NCBI GenBank assembly: GCA_965637545.1
Contig: OZ281501.1
Location: 3,472,001-3,536,000, forward strand
Length of the DNA: 64,000 nt
Direction: 5' to 3'
Source of the DNA: Phallusia mammillata
Taxonomy: Eukaryota
The first letter of the stretch is position 1, and every line of letters begins with the position of its first letter. A program made the translations under genes and the position numbers. Below the pieces are notes generated by a model. It saw nothing but the letters and a program-made list of their open reading frames with translations, searched no databases and was not told the origin of the DNA. Positions 36,852-50,508 of this stretch are shown piece by piece.

Positions 36852-39199
36852 ATGGAAAACACACATAAGGTATATTTTTCTTAAGTTTTAGGCTGGTAAA
36901 TAAAATTATTTAAACTTTTAAGCCAGAACTAAAGGGATTTATAGTACAAGTTTATTAATCTTTATTATACTAAACACTTTAAAAAAATTTTGTTATTAGT
37001 ATTTAAGGCATGTGGAGAACTACATTCTAAAAAAAAACTAAAATGTGATTTTTGTTGAAAATAAGCATCATTTAAACGTTTCTTGTTGATTATATGTTGT
37101 CAAAATTTAATGACTGTTTTAATCTTTGATTAGCTGTCCCTTGATGTTGATCTAAATGAGGATTTGTTTGATATTACAAGCTCATTGGTCATAGAATTTA
37201 TGAATTTGTTGATGTATTTTCGAGGTCAAATTCCGTCACCGACACAAATCCTAAAAAGGCACATAAGAGGTAGGCAAGCCAATACACAAAATATGACAAC
37301 GCAAAGCTATGCAGTTTTGCTGTAATAATTGGTTGTGTTCGGTGATTTTTTGTTAAATAAAAGTAAATTTTACTGGTAGTTAAGTAGAACCAATTGTAGT
37401 TTTCATGCATGTCAAATCTTTGATCACAATTGTTTTCAGACAGTTTCACACAAATTGATTGCAAAAAGAGCAGGTACTGTGCCATTTTTTACTGTTCTTT
37501 GTTTGGTTTAAATCAAGTATCTAGCGCAGCTTGTGACTTATCATTTAGGGTGAAACTAAAGGCCATCAAAAACCAAGAAAAGTGTCAACTATGTTTGAAA
37601 CAATTTGATGAAATAAAGGAGCAAGTTAATAACTCTTTAAAGTTTTGTGACAATTTTGAAGCTGTGTTAATAATGGGCTCCACTCCAGTTTCTGTCAAAG
37701 AGGTATATTCCATCAAAGTTAACCCACCTAAAGGTACGTGAAAAAAAAGGCACCAGAAAAACTATTTTTACACTTATAATATACTTAAAACTTTGCATAT
37801 TTTTTTAATTGGTCACATGATAATTAATTGTACTTGGCAATTCATATGGGATTATTGGGCAATTGCAATGTTTATTAAAAAAACAAAAAAATGTTATGTT
37901 CAAAATAAAATACTGTATTACATAAAAAAGTTTATTTCTAATATAGTTTTTGTTTTCTTATTTAAAAAAAACATTGTCAGACTAATATCTATACACACAG
38001 TTATGAATGTACTTTTGTTATTAGACTTTAAATCTTGCTCTCAAAAGTTGCCAACAGCAGCCAAAATTCAGCAGTACACCAACAAACTAAATTTGCTGCT
38101 TATGCAAGTATCTTCCTCGTTTAAGAAAGAGTTAAGGTGCACCAAAAACATCTTACTCATAAAAGGAAAGCGAAAACTTGCAGGAGAGTCACTTAAACCC
38201 TGGGAAAATTTCAAGTAAAACTCAAATTACATATTTCAAGAACAATGTTATTAAAATAGCAAAGTTAAAAAATAAATTTGTTCTCAAAGACTGCAAAATT
38301 AGAAGTGTGTTTAAATTAGGGCTAAATACATCTATTTTGCAGATTTTTGAAAAAACGCCACATGATGCACTTGAATATTGACTTGCAAGCACCAAGTCAA
38401 TATCTTCAATCGCCATTTCACACTAATACACTGTTTAACATCAACCAAGCTTCAAAAATTAAAGTGAGTTTAAGGGTAGAATGACATCTTTACGGACATT
38501 TTCAGTAAGCTACCCACCTTGGGCCAAGCACTATAATGTCTATACATATATTTAATGGTCACCAATCACAACCAAGAATTAAATTAGCTGGTCACATTGC
38601 AAACTGTTTTGACCTCGGTTTTATCAGTGCAGTTGGTGACAAGATATTGGCTACACAGGCTAGTCTAGCCAGTCTAAGGCACTGACGTTTGTTATGACTA
38701 ACAGGCCAAAAAGCCAAGTATGTCACTTGCGAATGCCACAACTGGGCATAAAGAGTGGGACTGGATTCAAAATACCTTGTTACCAGTTGGTTTAAAAACA
38801 GCGTACAGATTACATGTTAACACATCCGCGTATTGCTTTTGAAGTACTAAACCGTTTATTTTTTACTACCATGATAGACGACGCTGAACTAATTAAAAAC
38901 ACAATATTAATCAACCAGTGTACGTATTATCACAGAAACGACGAAGTTATAGCGCCTTTGAAGTCGCCGAGCTGGTTTCACCAACGTGCAACGAATCCTG
39001 CAATGCCCAGTTCAACGAACAAGGCTTACCGTTACCCAGTAACAACATCTTACCATCAAGTCGTAGACACTCGCTACCTATGCATTGGACCACAGAGCGA
39101 AGCCAGGATGTGGAAGACCCTGACATAGACGTTGCACTTTCTGGTGATGATACCATCTGGTTCGAAATTCCTGTGGCGATTAGGGGATTCAAGTTTTAG
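36852..39199 (+). CDS. MAD2L1BP: p31comet / MAD2L1-binding protein, ~340 aa
   Basis: Exons 36852-36869, 37134-37269, 37440-37733, 38025-38214, 38343-38463, 38936-39199 (1023 nt, all phases consistent). Motifs LLMYFRGQIP (human IMYQRQQLP), KCQLCL..VLIMGSTPVSVKEVY (KCQQAL..LILLGGNALSPKEFY) and DTIWFEIPVAIRGFK (DYIWFQAPVTFKGFR). Confidence 0.85.
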
Positions 39200-40287
39200 A
39201 ATTATGTTTCGTTTTTATTACTTTGTGCGTTGCATGTTGGATTTGTGTCATTTTATTGTTTATCAAAGGCATTTTATGTGCTTGGTCTCAAAATTGACGT
39301 ATATTTTCCTTATGTTTTGCGTTTGTATTTTGTTTTTGCGCTTGCATTTCTATTTATATAGACTGGTACAGTACAGTTTAATTCGCAAATGGAACAATAT
39401 TGATAAGTAAAAAATCATCAGGAGGTGGGTTTTAACCGACAATCAATGTTTGTCTTTTGGGGCTTTTTTGCATTAAATACCTTTGACAAACATTTGGTCA
39501 GGGTTTCTCTTTAGGAAATGATCTAAAACTGTATCGTGGCGAATGTGGTTTCCCGTGGATTTTTTTTTTCAAAAATGACAATAGGCCTTGAACTGTAGTT
39601 CAAGGAAATCGCTAATGTCAGCCAGCCTCTTATGTCAAGATTTTCCCCAATGAAAAAACAACAACTGGATGTAAGGTTGCCTTGTTCTTCTAACCGAAGT
39701 GTAAAGGACAATGTAGACATGTGACTCTGGTAGTCGTGAACTGAATCTTATTTCAAGGTTTCTAATGTCCCACGCCGCGCTTTGGAAAATCAACAGCTAA
39801 GGGACATCGCAAGCCTCCTAAAATTCAGTTAGGACCAAAGTCAATTATAAAACTGTTTTGAATCGCCAAAGCAAAATCAACGAAAAGAAATTGATTGGAG
39901 TTTTCACAAAGACGTTGATTTTATTTGTCTAATCTAAAAACAGGCAATTGACAAGTGAAAACTAGAGATTGCACATCTATACACAAACTAGCGGAAGCCA
40001 CACTTTTAAAGCTATAGTAGCTAAGTAACAACTTTTGTATGAGTTCACAGTACTCAAATAATCTTTGGTAATTTGGCAAATGCACATTTTCTACCACAAA
40101 AACAGCTAGGCTGGATTTGACCAGTCAGTAGATTAGAATAGATGACAGGTTATTGTTTCCAAGATACTTTACAAGACCCTTTTTCGCATTTGTTAACTAC
40201 ATGATCGCATTTGTTAACTTCAAAGCTATCTACAAAAAAAAACAGTTAATTAAAGGTTGTGCAAAATATTCATTTGCTGTTCAGCAT

Positions 40288-43200
40288 CTAATTTCCATGC
40301 AGCTTTTTGAGACGTTGAAATTCCCTCAAACGAAGAGCATTGATGCGAATAAACCCTTGGGCATCTCGGGGCTGATAATCACCAGCAACATCCATGCTGT
40401 GTAAACAAAATGAAGTTATGTTATACGGAAGTTGCATATAAGGTAGATTGTTATCAGACATGATTCTATTTGAATAAGGTACTGAAGATGCCATATATAT
40501 ATTCCATGTAAATTCATTCACCGATTTTGTCACTTGAAAACATTTTCCAATGTTAGTCATTGCAAGTCGTGTAGGCCAACTTAGCTAAAGTCGTGTAACT
40601 TGCATTAACCACAAAACGCAACCAAAACACCTTAACCTGAGTCAAGTTAACTAAATAAGTTTTAGCTGAATATCTAGAATTGTATAGGTACAATGACCTG
40701 AACCTAAAATCATTCAACGGTTAGTACATTTTAGACCGACTGAGTAGGTTCAAAGGCTTTTTATGGTTTGTTGGGCTGATATAATTGTCAACAAGACACT
40801 TTCTTCTCTTTAAACCAGAGTTGTCAGGCCGGGTTCTGGCTTTGGTATTTTTTCAAACGGGTTTGATTAGGGTCTGGCCTAATATTCTGAGTCAGTATTT
40901 TTTTTAAATATATATTACGCAACCAATAGCTGGCTGCTGAACTTAACCTAATGTCCAACAGCCCTAAAACGTATTGTTTAGGTTGTTGTCCGTTCTGGAA
41001 GACTTCTTTATTATCGGCCAGTCATCAAAAACTTTCGGGACTAAACAGGCTTTTTTAAAAACGACTCGGGTTCGTGCCAGACTTCGAGCTTGTACTTTGA
41101 GGTTCGGGCTTATATACTTTCGGGTTCGTACCGGGTTTGAGGCTTAAACTCTAGGGGTCGAGTCCGGGTTTCGGGCTTATATTGAAGGTTTGGGTAGCAG
41201 GTTTTGGGCACGCTAACAACTTGGCCTTGGACACGTCCGAAAAACAGTTTTTGAAACAGACAGGAATCATACACACCTGACAAGTTCCTGGTTGTACAGG
41301 GATTGGTCTGATTCCCTTCCAGTGATCATAATGTTGCCCTTGTACAATTTAAGGTGGACTGTTCCTGAAACACCTTCTTGACTTTTGGCAATACAACCTC
41401 TTGTGTATTCACATTCCGGGCTGTACCACTTGCCTTTGGTGACACAAATTTGCAATCGTAAAAACAACAACAAATTTCAAATCGATTGTATGAAATTGTA
41501 ATTGTAGGTAAAAGTCGGTAGAGCTACTAACACCATAACTTACGTCAGCCGCACATTTAGCTAATTTTTGATAGGTGGCGCAGGAGCGGAATTATTTTTT
41601 AGCGGCTAAAGAGGGGTAGGGCTGGGAAGTCAGGTTTTAAATTTTTTACATTATAAGCTAAATTTTAGAGTTAGTTTCAATGAATTTTCAATGATAACAC
41701 CTAACCCCAACCCCAATAGCCCTAACCGTCAGCATATTTTGAGATACTGTTTTCAATAGGACTTTGTGCTTCGCGCCACCTATCGAAAATTAGCTAAATG
41801 TACGACTGACGTGAGTTATGGTGTTATTAGACTTTCCGTAAAAGTCAAGTATAAAAGTTATGTAAATCATACCTTCATACACTTGTGTTGAAAACTGTAC
41901 AGAAAGGTACTCCTTGAGTCGTCTGATCTCCTTATCCATGGTTAGCAGTTCCAGGTCTTCGTGAGCATCAAGCAACACGCTTCCACCAGGAGTTTCGTAA
42001 CAACCCCGCGACTTCATACCGATGAAACGGTTTTCGACGATGTCTATGCGCCCGACTCCATGCTTCCCTCTAGCGGGACAAACGATTAAATCGTTAGGTT
42101 TTAAAAAATATGCAGGTTTAAACAGTTTATTAAACAGAAATTGTTAGTGTTTTTCAATTTTCGAATTGATAAATGCAACAAAACTACGTCACCAAGATAA
42201 TTACGCAATTAAAAATACCAATTATAAATTCCCATGTCCAACAGTTGCGTAGACCTACTGTTGAAATATATGTGGTTGGAACTTTTTCACACAAAATGAG
42301 TCGGCAAAACTGCTTTATTTACCGCAAGTACACACAACACCTGCCACATTATGTGCTCTCATATCTCACTTTAAAGACAGCCACCTCAGCATATCAGAAA
42401 CGGCCAATACTAACACTTGAGTTCGCCCTAAAGCAAACACAATGACGCAACGCAATACACAAGGGTCAAAAGGTTTTGGCAGACGTTTTACCCCCGAAGA
42501 AATGATTAACAAAGCACCATTGAAAAAACTGAATAGCGGTTAGCCGTTGAAGTACCCGAAACTTGAGAAATAATAAAGAAATCATTCTAAATGTAAATGT
42601 AGTGTTAGAATCGGGGTTTTTGTTCAGACATTCAGCACTTGATGGAAATCTAAATAAACAATTTTCACTAAAGTACAGTACACCATTTTTTAAATTTATG
42701 CCCCTTGGTAAATTCCTACACCTGTCAGCGTGCTCTTGTCATGCGTATAAACACCTGCGATTTGCACTTCAATGACTTTTAGGGGTTCCAAGCAGCAGCA
42801 GTATAATCTATAATAGAACTGGTCTTAAAAGTCTTTATGTTTTTCTCTTTTGCTGAGGCCTTTAGTACGTGTCAATTTTAGTAGCAAACAGTAAATGGTT
42901 TCAAACAGTGGTACATTTAAAGTTTACTCACGTGCTCGTTTTTTTGCGACAGTTGTTCCAAATGTAAGGTTTCGTTGTGACCACGAACGGAACTACCGCG
43001 CACGCTTGTCATTATTGCTGACCAAGTAAAAAATGTTGCCCTTTCACGAATGTTTTGGGAGCATTTGTTGCACATTTTAAGTCAAGAATATTTGGGGCTT
43101 ATTATGCAAACTACACTAAAATATTTATTACTCCTGTTGAAATCACCTGAAGCCCCGATCTAGTCAGGCGTTTTGAACATAATACAAATAAACAATTATG

Positions 43201-46200
43201 GTGGAGACTGTATGCAAAACAGTTGTAACTAGAGCCACATTTTCGAGAAAACGTTTTTGTAATTGCCTTCCGTTAAAATTCGTAAAATTTGACATATGTT
43301 GTAAAATGGTTAAAACTGGCGGACATATGGTCAGTGTATATTTCGCCTTTTAATCATCTGTTTGCAAGGATCATATTACTGTACTACAGTTTTAAAATGG
43401 TTAACTTTAAGCCTTTGCATTAACTGTGCATATGCCAACAGTATCGTATTACTGGTTGACATATTGTGAATTGCCTCGGTCCGTTATCAGCCATGTCTAT
43501 AATAAAAGTAGAATATGTATTCTTTCTAGAACATCCAGACAACTCTCAAAATTTTAAGACAACTTTTTAATTTTGGCGAATTTAGGTCCAGTAAATATAT
43601 CCAGTTTAGGCCTTGACCCTCTAAATATTGTTATTTAGAAGTCTGATACATTATCTTTGCAATCAACTTACGCAATTTTGTTCAGGTACAGGAAAAGTTC
43701 CAAGGCGCCGGTCACTTTTGCCCCGTCGTCTTTGTTGGTAACGGAGATGGGTATTCCCCCTTCGAAGTAGATCGAAAGACGTTCAGGTTTGTCTGGTGCC
43801 TTTTCGGGGTCACAGGTCATGGTATACATGTCGCTGCGACTTTCAGTGTTTGGGTCTTCTAACATGCCAGCTTCGTAACTGCAAGGAAAACCAACGCGGT
43901 TAAATACCAGTACCAGATGGCACTATGTTTCGGCTTTGAGCTTAAATAATACCAATGTTTTACTACAAAATCATTTCAGTTGAATTGGGATTAGTTTACA
44001 TGAAAAAGCACCGAGCCAATAAATGATAAGCTGCAGACGGTGCACACTGTTTCGACATATAAGGTCTCATTAGACTAGTTCAGTTGGTGACGAGAGATCG
44101 GTCGTATTTGCTTGTGTAGCCATACGATTCGTTTGCTTGGTAAAAAAACACAGCGACATAAATTCACTGAATAATCATCAAGCCGTGAATAGCTGTGCAA
44201 CGTTCAGAAGATATGGAGTGCAAAATGGTGGAGTATCATGGCTGAACAAGCTGCAGCTGCAAGGTTCAATGAACCGTTATGTTGTGAGAGGCCACGGATG
44301 ATTAAGTTTGGCTCACTGCGAAACTGAAACTGGGGAATAACGTTGGTAAGACGAGTCAAGGGGGCTCTAGAAACAAACCATCCCTGCTAAAGTCAACCAC
44401 AAAAAGGAATCCTGTCGCATTGTTTCAAGCGCCAAAACATTGAACAAAAACACAAATTTTATGTTTTTTGTTTGTTTACAACTAATTTGCAGTGGTTAGT
44501 TTAAAAGACAGCTTTTTTGTAATGATGAAAAACAGCTAACAAAATCAAAACTTGTTTAATCTGCGTTCTAAAACAGAACAACCTGAAATATGCATTTTGT
44601 ATCCCTAACACCTGTTAGTATTTTGGGTTTACAGTGGCTGTGTGCAAATAAGGGATTGTTGCCTTATGACATACGGAAATTTTAAACAATGTTCGAATTA
44701 CATAAGCCTTATGTAATTCGAACATTGTTTAAAATTTCCGTTTAGTTTAGGGAGATGCAAGGATTTTACAGCACAACCGATAAAATACCAGACTAAAATG
44801 ATCCAAATAAAAGTCCTGAAAAATATTGTTTCAATCGATCATTGTTTAATTATGGTCCACCAAAAGTGTTTATATCAACAGCCAGTAAAGGCAATGATGC
44901 GATGTGGCTGTCAGGGCACCCTAACTATCAACTGCAAAAGTACCACTCAACTGATACAAAAAGATCACAGCTTAATCTGCAATATCAACAGTTATGCTTA
45001 TAAGACCCATTGTACCCAGAAACTGTTTTTTGTGATGGCTGGCAGCAATAAGGCGTTTTACTCTTTCAGGCTAGCATGGTATCCTCTGTGGATATCAAAT
45101 TTAACAAAGTAGTAGCTGATCTGCATGATTATATCTACTACCTGTTAAAGTTTTATCTCAATCCATTAAACATTTCATGGCAAAAAAGTGTGGACAAAAT
45201 GCAGGGAAGAAAACAAACTAAATTGAAAATGTATATATCTCATTCAAAAAGAGGACCAATAACAAAGTTTTGCTAGATGAATCAGTACATCATTATACTT
45301 CTATACCTGATGTGCATTAAGTTGTCATCCATGCTCCATGGGTCACTTTTTGATGCCTTGATTGGAATATTATTGGCCGCCGCATACTCCATCAGATCAT
45401 TCCTGCCATTAAACCTCGCCAAGAACTCATCCTCCCTCCAAGGAGCGATAATTTGCACCCCGGGATACAAAGCATAGCAGGCAATCTCAAATCTTACTTG
45501 GTCATTTCCCTAACAAAAACATTGTGAACATATCAGTATAAAAGCATGAAGCCATTAAATAATATTTAGACAGTATACACTATTTCAAAGTCTCTTCAGT
45601 GCTGCTGGTGACAAGACTTGGGTAGCAGGGGCTAGAGTAGCTACATTACGGTACTCTATTTTATTGTAAGTAATAGGCTAAAAAGCCAAGCCTTACCAAA
45701 TTTCCATTGCCCTTGTCCATATGATCAATGTTTTTTCTACAGCTTACTAATTATGAACACGATTTGGGTAAAATAATTACAAAAATTATTTTCAATAAAA
45801 CATGTCTAAAATTTTTTATATACCTTTCCTGTAGCTCCGTGAGAAATGTATTTTGCACCTTCCAATTTTGCTCTTTCAATCATGTTTCTTGCGATGCAGG
45901 GGCGGGCCAATGCAGTTCCCATGGGATAACGGCCTTCATATTTAGCATTGGCTTGCAATCCAGGCCAAATGAAATCCTCCACAAATTCTTTTTTGCAGTC
46001 ACACACAAATGCCTGTCAAAAATTTTAAAATCACAATTTTTTTAAAGAGCAGACAATGAGAAAAATTTGAATCAAACTAGTATGTATGTCTTCGATGGAA
46101 TATCAAACAAATTTTAATGTTAAGATGACAAAAGACTAATGTTTTGATACAACAAGATCTGTTTACCTTTTCTGCTCCAAGCTTTAAGGCTTTTGCCTTT

Positions 46201-46440
46201 GCTGCTTCGAAATCTTCTTCTTGACCAACATCAGCCTAAATAAAAAAGATATGTTGTTGAGCCTTGAATCTGGTGGCACCATAAACACACAGCTTAAATG
46301 TATATAATTACAAGTACTATAAAAGTTAATAAACTTACTTGAAATGTAACAACTTTGTAGCCCTTTTCAATGAGCCACACAAGAATGCAAGAAGTATCCA
46401 ATCCGCCACTGTAGGCAAGAACAACTGTGTCCTTGGACAT
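40288..46440 (-). CDS. ASS1: Argininosuccinate synthase, 410 aa
   Basis: Exons 46440-46339, 46235-46167, 46012-45824, 45509-45307, 43878-43672, 42069-41873, 41433-41277, 40396-40288 (1233 nt). Motifs [74 protein letters not shown]. Confidence 0.97.
41521..41835. mobile_element. Non-autonomous element with long (~60 bp) imperfect inverted termini; family also at ~62523-62827, ~15290-15503, ~23089-23302, ~56095-56290
   Basis: ACATTTAGCTAATTTTTGATAGGTGGCGC (41553) pairs with GCGCCACCTATCGAAAATTAGCTAAATGT (41801), extended by TAACACCATAACT / AGTTATGGTGTTA. A related element at 62.5 kb shares the GTGTTAGTAGCTCTAC end and internal GGTTAGGG-like motifs. Superfamily not assigned. Confidence 0.7.
44673..44741. 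repeat. Perfect palindrome with 34-bp arms and a 1-nt spacer, in ASS1 intron 4
   Basis: ACGGAAATTTTAAACAATGTTCGAATTACATAAG-C-CTTATGTAATTCGAACATTGTTTAAAATTTCCGT. Confidence 0.95.
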
Positions 46441-47121
46441 TTTTTTGGATGAATGGCAAAGATGAATTAGCAAAAAATAATAATGTTAGGATAACTTAAA
46501 AATCAATAAATAAAGTTAACTTATGCAAACATAAAATAACTGAACTGTTTTAATATATATATTGAATTATTTTTAGGATTGTTTTTGTAAAAATAATGAC
46601 TTTAAAACAACTGAAAAACAACAAAAAACAGAATTTTGTGTGGTTGTGGTTTTTGCTGACATTATCAGCAAAAGGATTGCAATTAACTTTGTACACACAT
46701 AGTTCTGTTTTAAAGGAAACACTTCAGTTCAAACACCAGACAAATGTTTACTTAGACGGTCAACAACTATCTGTATCGAAGCAACAAAGGCCGTTCAATG
46801 ACACTTTAAACCCTAAACATCTTAAGCAGCACTCCATTTCAAAAACAAAGACAATAATAGAAGTAAGAGTCGGTAATTGCACTTAAAGATGTTGAAATTG
46901 CCAGGCAGTGCTAAAATCAAGGAAATTAGTTCAAGAAAAGTTGTGAACCTTTTGAAAGTAAAGTTAAGGAAAAATGCTTTTAAGGAAATTTGAGCCAATT
47001 TTTTTCAGAATTGGCCTTAGTAAATTTTGTAGTACCAAAATTAATTGAATTCCAAAGTTTTTGTTAAAAAATTAGGTTCAACAATTTAATAAACTGGCTT
47101 GATATTACTATAGCAATTAAA

Positions 47122-50100
47122 ATGGGTAATTCCTGTTGTATTGCTAAGCACAAGCAAGACTTAAATGAACTTTCTCCAGAAGTATTGAAGCAAAGAAAAG
47201 ACAAAAGATATTCAATCAAAACAAACAACTATGCAGAAAATATAATAAAAAATACAAGTTCAAAACCCAAGCAAAATACAAAGAGTGAGATTAAAGAAAT
47301 TAAGCAAACCAAGGCGTTACAATCAGGAAAACTAACAGACAATCCAGGAAACAGAGAAAAACAAAAACTTAAACAAGGCTTGAAGAAGAAAAAACTTCAA
47401 AAAAGAAAAACTCAGCGCAAAGTTGCAAAAAGTTGTTCAACAACATCAGGCAGTGAAATCACAACGAAGCAGTGTTGGAAAAATGAATCAAAGAAAACTT
47501 CTGATAATCAACATCATGACACAGTTCGAGGATGGGAACAACAAGAACTAAGGTATTCATATTCACATACGTACACGAACAAAACTTACCTCTTCCAATG
47601 AAGATTTTTTAACCAATATTGTACCAGTTAAATGTTATGTAAATAAAATTATAACAATAATAAATGTTTATTGCGTAAATGTCAATGCAAAGCATTTTTA
47701 ATCTTGCAAAATCTCTGAAAAAATCTCATAAATTCTCGTATTTGCTTAGATTGCAAGCGGAATACAAAACTGCAACAGAAAATATTCGGAACTGTCTGCG
47801 CGCTGAACAACGAGCAAAAGCGGAAACGGAAACGTGGCGTGCAGTTCTCGAACGAATTTCCCGCGATCATCGACAAAAGTTGTTTCGCCATGCATATGTT
47901 TTGCGCACTAAACTGCGACGCGCCGAAAACTTGTTATCCTTCTACGAAGTGCGAGCTAGAAATGTGCAGACCACAAATGGCAAACTGAAAAGTACGTGAA
48001 CCATTTATAATAACAATTATTTGTTGATTTAGACCACAGGAACGACTCTCAATCAAGTGCCCATTGTGGGTACATTAAGGAGTGTGAACTGATAAACTTC
48101 CAGCCCACTAATACCCAGAAAAAGTTGATTATTAACTTGATTTTCCCGCAACGCCATTCTAGCGGCTAAAGGGGTTTCGCGGCCATGTTTTATTGTGGGA
48201 AATACCCTTTGTGGTTTTCGGTTTTGTTTGCGCGTTTGTGTCAGCACTTTTGGGAGTTGAATGTGTCAAGCACACACAACCTTTTGACCTGTAGGCAGTG
48301 GTGGGATTCAGTCGGTTCGTTGGTTCTATAGAACCGTCTCACGAAATTTTATGAGATCGGCGAACCGGTTAGCATTACTGGTTACTGTCAATAGACTTTT
48401 TGTAACATAACCGGCAGAAAAATATGACTTTTGTAATCTAACTGGCTGACAAAAAAATGAATCCCACCACTGCCTGTAGGCACCACGACATATTTCCGCT
48501 AGTTGAAGTTAACATTAATTTTGCTTAACTTACAAAAAAAACCTGTTAATGGTAATTGAGTACTGCTTCTGTGGTAGATGTCTAAAATGGCGTTTTAATA
48601 AGTTTTATGACAAAAGGGCACGCCAGTCAACCTTTGTGCAACAATACATAAACCCTACGTATGACTTAACTTGTTCAAACTCAGGATTCCTGAAAGTTAA
48701 ACAAAGTTGTAAAACTTTTTCACACTGCAATGATGATATGGCGTTTTAAGATCATAAAGCGGCCATTGTAACACCCAATAGGGTTCAGTGGACAAAGAGA
48801 TTTGAATGCAGTTAGGCCGAACGTAGCCTACACTTGAAAAGTATTGTGTTTTTAATTTTTATCACGTCACTAACAATTCGAACTAATAAGCGACCTCTAT
48901 TTTGAACAAATATACAACTTTTCATTTGTTTCAATAATTATATAATAACTTACTAAACATAACATAAAACCACACTAGATCATAGCAAAGTGTTTTATAT
49001 ATACTTTGGATCATAGTAGCCTACACCAGGCCCTTCGAAGGCGTTATACATAACCAACCTACGCCTTGCCAAATGGGAATGCTTGGTGGCTGACTGATCC
49101 AGTACAACGCCTTCAATGGGCCTGGCGTACTATGACTTATATATGAGTGTGCCGTGATCGCTGGTCTGCATGAACGCTTTAGGGCTGGTCCCAGTCATGA
49201 ATGTTCGTCTTAACTAAAACCATACTTTTTGTGTTTAATGAGATGACCATACAACTGTTCGCTAGCCACCTTTAATCAAATGGTTATAAATATAGTCAAA
49301 AGTAGAGTAATGTTCCGATGTAGCGAACCACAGTTATAAAACAAGTATTATAGCATAAATCCAAATGGGTTATAAACAGCACATCATCTTTTTTCAGGTC
49401 TTATCGATAAAATGAAGACTGATACAAAAGCAATCAGAGACGAAAGTGAAAGGAGAAGATTAAACACGAAAAACAACCTTGACAACAAAGTCGGAAACCT
49501 GCTAAAAGAACTGGAAAGACTAAAAATAAAGTTTAACAACGTTTCTCCATCTTACCAATCCCAAGAACATAGATTTAGCATTGCCACAACTGCAGGAATT
49601 TTACCGTACAACTCCGCAAGTAAAAAAAGCATTCAGAAAATCAAACCAGCACCATTTGTGACAGCCTATTCTAGACACTGCAACCTTCGTGCTTTACATC
49701 CAAAACACGATCGAAAAACGTATACCTCAGATGTACCGCGTTACCCAAAGCTTCGCACGCAACATATGGACTTATACGAACCCACAAAACCGGAACGTTT
49801 GTCGCAGAAAGCAGTCTTCATAGCCACGCGGCTCTCTAGCGACGTTTCGTGTTTGTCAGTTTCACCTTTTCCTCGAATCGAAAGTGATTTCTCACATAAA
49901 ACCAACGCCACGTCAGAATCTGAGCTTATCAATCTTCGCAGTGACGTAGGAAAGACGTCATCACCGTCGAGCGGTTTTTCCGGAAATTCTTTTTCGTTTC
50001 GTCAAACACACGAAGATGCTTCATCGGTCTCGCCGAATTACGTCACACTTGTCAACGACAGAAAAGATGTGACGTCACTGTATGAAACGCGTAAGCAAAA

Positions 50101-50149
50101 TTCCTCTAATCGTCGAACTAACAAGACACACGTGACAAGGTATTGCTGA
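47122..50149 (+). CDS. Uncharacterised protein with an N-terminal acylation motif (MGNSCC), Lys-rich region, coiled coil and Ser-rich tail, ~474 aa
   Basis: Phase-consistent exons 47122-47552, 47750-47991, 49398-50149. A further exon via the donor near 50140 is possible. No family recognised. Confidence 0.6.
48296..48472. mobile_element. hAT-type MITE, 177 bp
   Basis: Perfect 15-bp TIR CAGTGGTGGGATTCA / TGAATCCCACCACTG. Perfect TSD CCTGTAGG. Confidence 0.93.
49102..49192 (+). repeat. Dispersed short repeat (possibly SINE-derived); inverted copy at 53852-53941, fragment at ~56641-56672
   Basis: GTACAACGCCTTCAATGGGCCTGGCGTACTATG...GGGCTGGTCCC aligns with the reverse complement of 53852-53941. 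No A/B boxes were confidently seen. Confidence 0.6.
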
Positions 50150-50189
50150 TGTACTGATCAAGCTGTACAGGAAAAATATTTGTTTAAAT

Positions 50190-50508
50190 CAGGGGTGGGC
50201 AACCTGCGGCCCACGGGCCACATGCGGCCCATTGATTAAAGTTGTGCAGCCCGCAGAGACACTTGAATTTCAAGTGTACTGGCAAACGAGTCCAATTATT
50301 ATATTTTTTTAGCAGATTACTGTGCCCGCGGTGCTATTTTTTGCGACCTGACAATATGCTGCTAGAATCAAATGCGAATTTTACTTGTAGCAAGGCATTT
50401 TTGGTATGCAACAAAGTAAAATCACTTTGTGTAATATAAAGGTGCGGCCCGCGATCTAATCATCGCAATTGTATTTGGCCCCACAGTAACAAAAGTTGCC
50501 CACCCCTG
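50190..50508. mobile_element. hAT-type MITE, 319 bp
   Basis: TIRs CAGGGGTGGGCAAC / GTTGCCCACCCCTG. Perfect TSD GTTTAAAT. Confidence 0.93.

Larger units (their letters stand above)
13186..37173 (+). repeat. Three-unit head-to-tail segmental tandem array (units ~13186-21508, 21509-29286, 29287-37173)
   Basis: Both internal junctions read GGATTTGCTTGAT-TACGG-TTGAAATTGAG. Left of the junction matches the array's right end (GGATTTGTTTGAT, ~37172). Right of the junction matches the array's left start (TTGAAATTAAGCACACTTTTCTAACTCG, 13186). Confidence 0.93.

Noticed and set aside
38814-39128. Alternative frame for the last p31comet exon (..SPSWFHQR..)
   Set aside because: Exon 38343-38463 restores phase 0 into the frame ending in the conserved IWF..GFK motif, so no frameshift is needed.
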